Part shown: one piece after another, positions 61,459 to 64,000 of the stretch
Position numbering within the stretch: the stretch's first letter is position 1
Layout of the letters: each line of letters opens with the position of its first letter
DNA from: an uncultured Chloroflexia bacterium
Lineage (GTDB): Bacteria; Chloroflexota; Chloroflexia; Thermomicrobiales; UBA6265
DNA length: 64,000 bases
Assembly: GCA_963724295.1 (NCBI GenBank)
Contig: CAVRUC010000007.1
Location: 224,001 to 288,000, forward strand
Direction: 5' to 3'
Notes under the pieces: model-generated
The model's input: only the letters and a program-made list of their open reading frames with translations
Databases searched by the model: none
What the model was told of the DNA's origin: nothing
Translations under genes and position numbers: made by a program

Positions 61459-62799
61459 ATGACGTTCAATCCACACACCGATAGCGATCGCGTCGCAATG
61501 CTGGAAGCGACAGGCATGAACGCGGTCGATGAGCTCTTCACCGCCGTTCCGCAACGTGTTCGGTTTCCAGCGCTCGAATTGCCCCCGGTGCTCACGGAGC
61601 TCGAGGCTACCGATCAGCTTGGGGCGTTCGCGGCTCGAAACACGGCACCCCCGGCCCAAGACGTCTACCTCGGTGCGGGATCCTATCGGCACTTCATCCC
61701 AGCGGCCGTGGGACAAATCCTGGCGCGCGGCGAGTTCTACACCGCCTACACGCCATACCAACCGGAAGTCTCCCAGGGCACCCTGCAAGTGATCTACGAG
61801 TTTCAGAGTCTCGTGGCGGCTTTGACAGGGATGGACGTGGCCAACGCCTCGATGTACGACGGCGCAACCGCGCTCGCCGAGGGCGCATTGATGACGGTTT
61901 CGAGCTCCCGCGGACGGCGCCGGATCGTTATCTCCGCGACCGTTCACCCGGCATACCGCGACGTCCTTCGCACCTATCTCGAAGGTCTCAACCTCGATCT
62001 CGTGGAAGTTCCCCTGACCAACCCGGGATTCATGACGACTCCAGACGACATCGCTCCCTACCTCACAGACGATCTTGCCTGCGTCGTGGTCCAGTACCCA
62101 AACTTCTATGGCGGCATCGAGGACATCGCGGCCCTTGCGGATCTCGCGCACGGGCGCGGTGGCGCCCTCGTGGTGAGCACGTACCCTGTTCCGCTCGGAC
62201 TGCTTCAGCCTCCGGGTGATCTCGGAGCCGACGTGGTCGCCGCGGAGGGACAGGCACTCGGCGTTCCACAAGGGTATGGCGGCCCATATGTCGGGCTCCT
62301 CGCTTCACGCCAGTCCTTTGTGAGGCAGATGCCCGGGCGACTGGCCGGGATGACGACGGATTCCGAAGGTCAGAGAGGCTTCGTGCTGACCTTGCAGACG
62401 CGCGAACAGCACATCCGGCGAGAGAAAGCGACCTCCAATATCTGTACGAATCAAGGGTTGATGGCGACTGCCGCCACCGTCTACATGGCGACGCTCGGTC
62501 CGGAAGGCTTCCGGGAGGTGGCGCGCCGGAGCTATCAGAACGCGCATTACCTTGCGGAACGGGTCAGCGAGGTACCGGGGTACACGCTGGCCACGGGCGG
62601 ACCATTCTTCCATGAGTTCGTCGTTTCGACTCCCAGTCCAGCGCACGAAGTCCTCGCCCATCTGCTTGAGCACGGCATTCACGGCGGATTCGATCTCGGC
62701 AAGGTCGATCCGACACTCGATCGCTCGCTGCTGATGTGCGCGACCGAGACGAACACGAAACAGGGAATCGACCGTCTGGTAGAGGCCCTGCCGCGCTAG
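61459..62799 (+). CDS. gcvPA: Glycine dehydrogenase subunit 1
   Basis: TAYTPYQPEVSQG, NASMYDGA, REQHIRREKATSNICTNQ. Confidence 0.95.
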   Translation: MTFNPHTDSDRVAMLEATGMNAVDELFTAVPQRVRFPALELPPVLTELEATDQLGAFAARNTAPPAQDVYLGAGSYRHFIPAAVGQILARGEFYTAYTPYQPEVSQGTLQVIYEFQSLVAALTGMDVANASMYDGATALAEGALMTVSSSRGRRRIVISATVHPAYRDVLRTYLEGLNLDLVEVPLTNPGFMTTPDDIAPYLTDDLACVVVQYPNFYGGIEDIAALADLAHGRGGALVVSTYPVPLGLLQPPGDLGADVVAAEGQALGVPQGYGGPYVGLLASRQSFVRQMPGRLAGMTTDSEGQRGFVLTLQTREQHIRREKATSNICTNQGLMATAATVYMATLGPEGFREVARRSYQNAHYLAERVSEVPGYTLATGGPFFHEFVVSTPSPAHEVLAHLLEHGIHGGFDLGKVDPTLDRSLLMCATETNTKQGIDRLVEALPR

Positions 62800-62950
62800 G
62801 GCCGGGCTCTAGGCGCTCAATCGAGATTCGAGGCGACGGGACTGTTATACTCGCTCGCTGTCGTGCGTTCCGGCCCTCAGGTCTCGGGCGCCAGGGGAGA
62901 GCCGGGGCGGAACCGCCCCGTGCTCGGCGTGCTGTGTTCACGGAGCGCTC

Positions 62951-64000
62951 GTGGCAAAACCAATCGTTGCAATCGTCGGTCGGCCAAACGTGGGCAAGTC
63001 CACGCTGTTCAACCGCTTGATCGGTGAACGGCGCGCCATCGTCGAGGACGAGCCGGGGACAACCCGCGACCGCGTCTATGGCACGACCGACTGGGGCGGA
63101 GTCGAGTTCACGCTTGTCGATACGGGCGGTCTGCAGGACGACCAGGAAGTCGAAACCGAATCGTTCACCCAGATCGCCCACCACACGCGCGAGCAGGCCC
63201 ACGTCGCCATCGGCGAAGCCGATGTCATCGTCTTCATGGTGGACGCGCGGACAGGGGTCAACGCGGGTGATCATGAAGTCGCCGACATGCTGCGGCGCGC
63301 CGACAAGCCGACGATTCTCGTGGCGAACAAGGCCGACAGTCTGGCCCGCCGTGACGCCGCGGTCGATTTTTACGAGCTCGGTCTCGGGGATCCGATCGCC
63401 ATCTCGTCGTATCACGGAAGTGGCACCGGCGACCTGCTCGATCGGGTGGTGGAAGCGCTTCCCGAGGCCGAGCACGAAGAGGAGCCGGAGGGCCCGGCTA
63501 TCGCGATCGTGGGGCGGCCGAATGTCGGCAAGAGCCGGCTGCTCAACGCGCTGCTGGGCCAGGAGCGATCGATCGTCAGCGACGTCCCGGGGACGACCCG
63601 CGACTCGCTCGATACAGTGTTCGTCTGGGCTGGTCAGCCCATCACGCTGATCGACACGGCCGGTATCCGGCGCCGGGGCCGAATCGATCGTGGCATCGAG
63701 CAATACAGTGTCCTGCGGTCGATGCGCGCGATCGACCGCGCGGACGTCGTGCTGCTGGTCATCGACGCGACCGAGGGCTTCACCTCCCAGGATCTTCACA
63801 TCGCCGGATATATCGCCGAGCAAAAGAAGGGCGTTGTCGTCGTCGTCAACAAGTGGGACCTGATCGAGAAGGACTCCTCGACAATGGAGGAGTACCGGCA
63901 GCAAGCGGGGGCGGCGCTCGACTTCATGCCCTACGCGCCGCTGGTCTTCGTCTCCGCGAAGTTCGGGCAACGGGTGCAGCAGGTGATGGATACCGCGCTC
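62951..64000 (+). CDS. der: Ribosome biogenesis GTPase Der (EngA), 3'-truncated by window edge
   Basis: Manual translation: MAKPIVAIVGRPNVGKSTLFNRL...DTGG...NKAD; second G domain GRPNVGKS...GTTRD...DTAG...NKWD. Confidence 0.96.
   Translation, partial: MAKPIVAIVGRPNVGKSTLFNRLIGERRAIVEDEPGTTRDRVYGTTDWGGVEFTLVDTGGLQDDQEVETESFTQIAHHTREQAHVAIGEADVIVFMVDARTGVNAGDHEVADMLRRADKPTILVANKADSLARRDAAVDFYELGLGDPIAISSYHGSGTGDLLDRVVEALPEAEHEEEPEGPAIAIVGRPNVGKSRLLNALLGQERSIVSDVPGTTRDSLDTVFVWAGQPITLIDTAGIRRRGRIDRGIEQYSVLRSMRAIDRADVVLLVIDATEGFTSQDLHIAGYIAEQKKGVVVVVNKWDLIEKDSSTMEEYRQQAGAALDFMPYAPLVFVSAKFGQRVQQVMDTAL

Noticed and set aside
62564..63970. 468-aa - strand ORF
   Set aside because: Shadow of der, which the track missed because it runs off the window

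Overview
High-GC bacterial core-chromosome segment. The gene set, protein style and GAAC-N4-GTTC SOS boxes suggest Chloroflexota, probably Thermomicrobiales (inference). It is rich in replication and repair genes: a DEDDh-exonuclease/UvrC-like fusion, family-4 UDG, an imuB/small-ORF/dnaE2 mutagenesis cassette without imuA, ftsK, recR, ruvB, dnaN-recF, dnaE, polX, rdgB and tatD. Housekeeping genes include rlmN, tmk, rpsO-pnp, mtnP, nadK, queA, folD, glmS, purB, gcvT/H/PA and der. RNA elements are tRNA-Asn, tRNA-Gln, a clear glmS ribozyme and a rod-shaped ncRNA candidate (6S-like) upstream of folD. The most interesting signal is a LexA/SOS mini-regulon readable directly from the DNA. Boxes sit at the imuB-dnaE2 cassette, at a Rad52/Sak-like annealing-protein operon, at a probably leaderless ruvB promoter hidden in the upstream CDS, and at a promoter driving a ~310-nt structured RNA with repeated C-rich motifs ahead of an unknown membrane protein. 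A heptamer/G-quadruplex repeat lies in the first codons of dnaE2, and a decayed integrase lies beside tRNA-Gln. Two single-base frameshifts (pnp, ftsW-like) are probably sequence errors. All family calls come from motif recognition by eye, not database searches.
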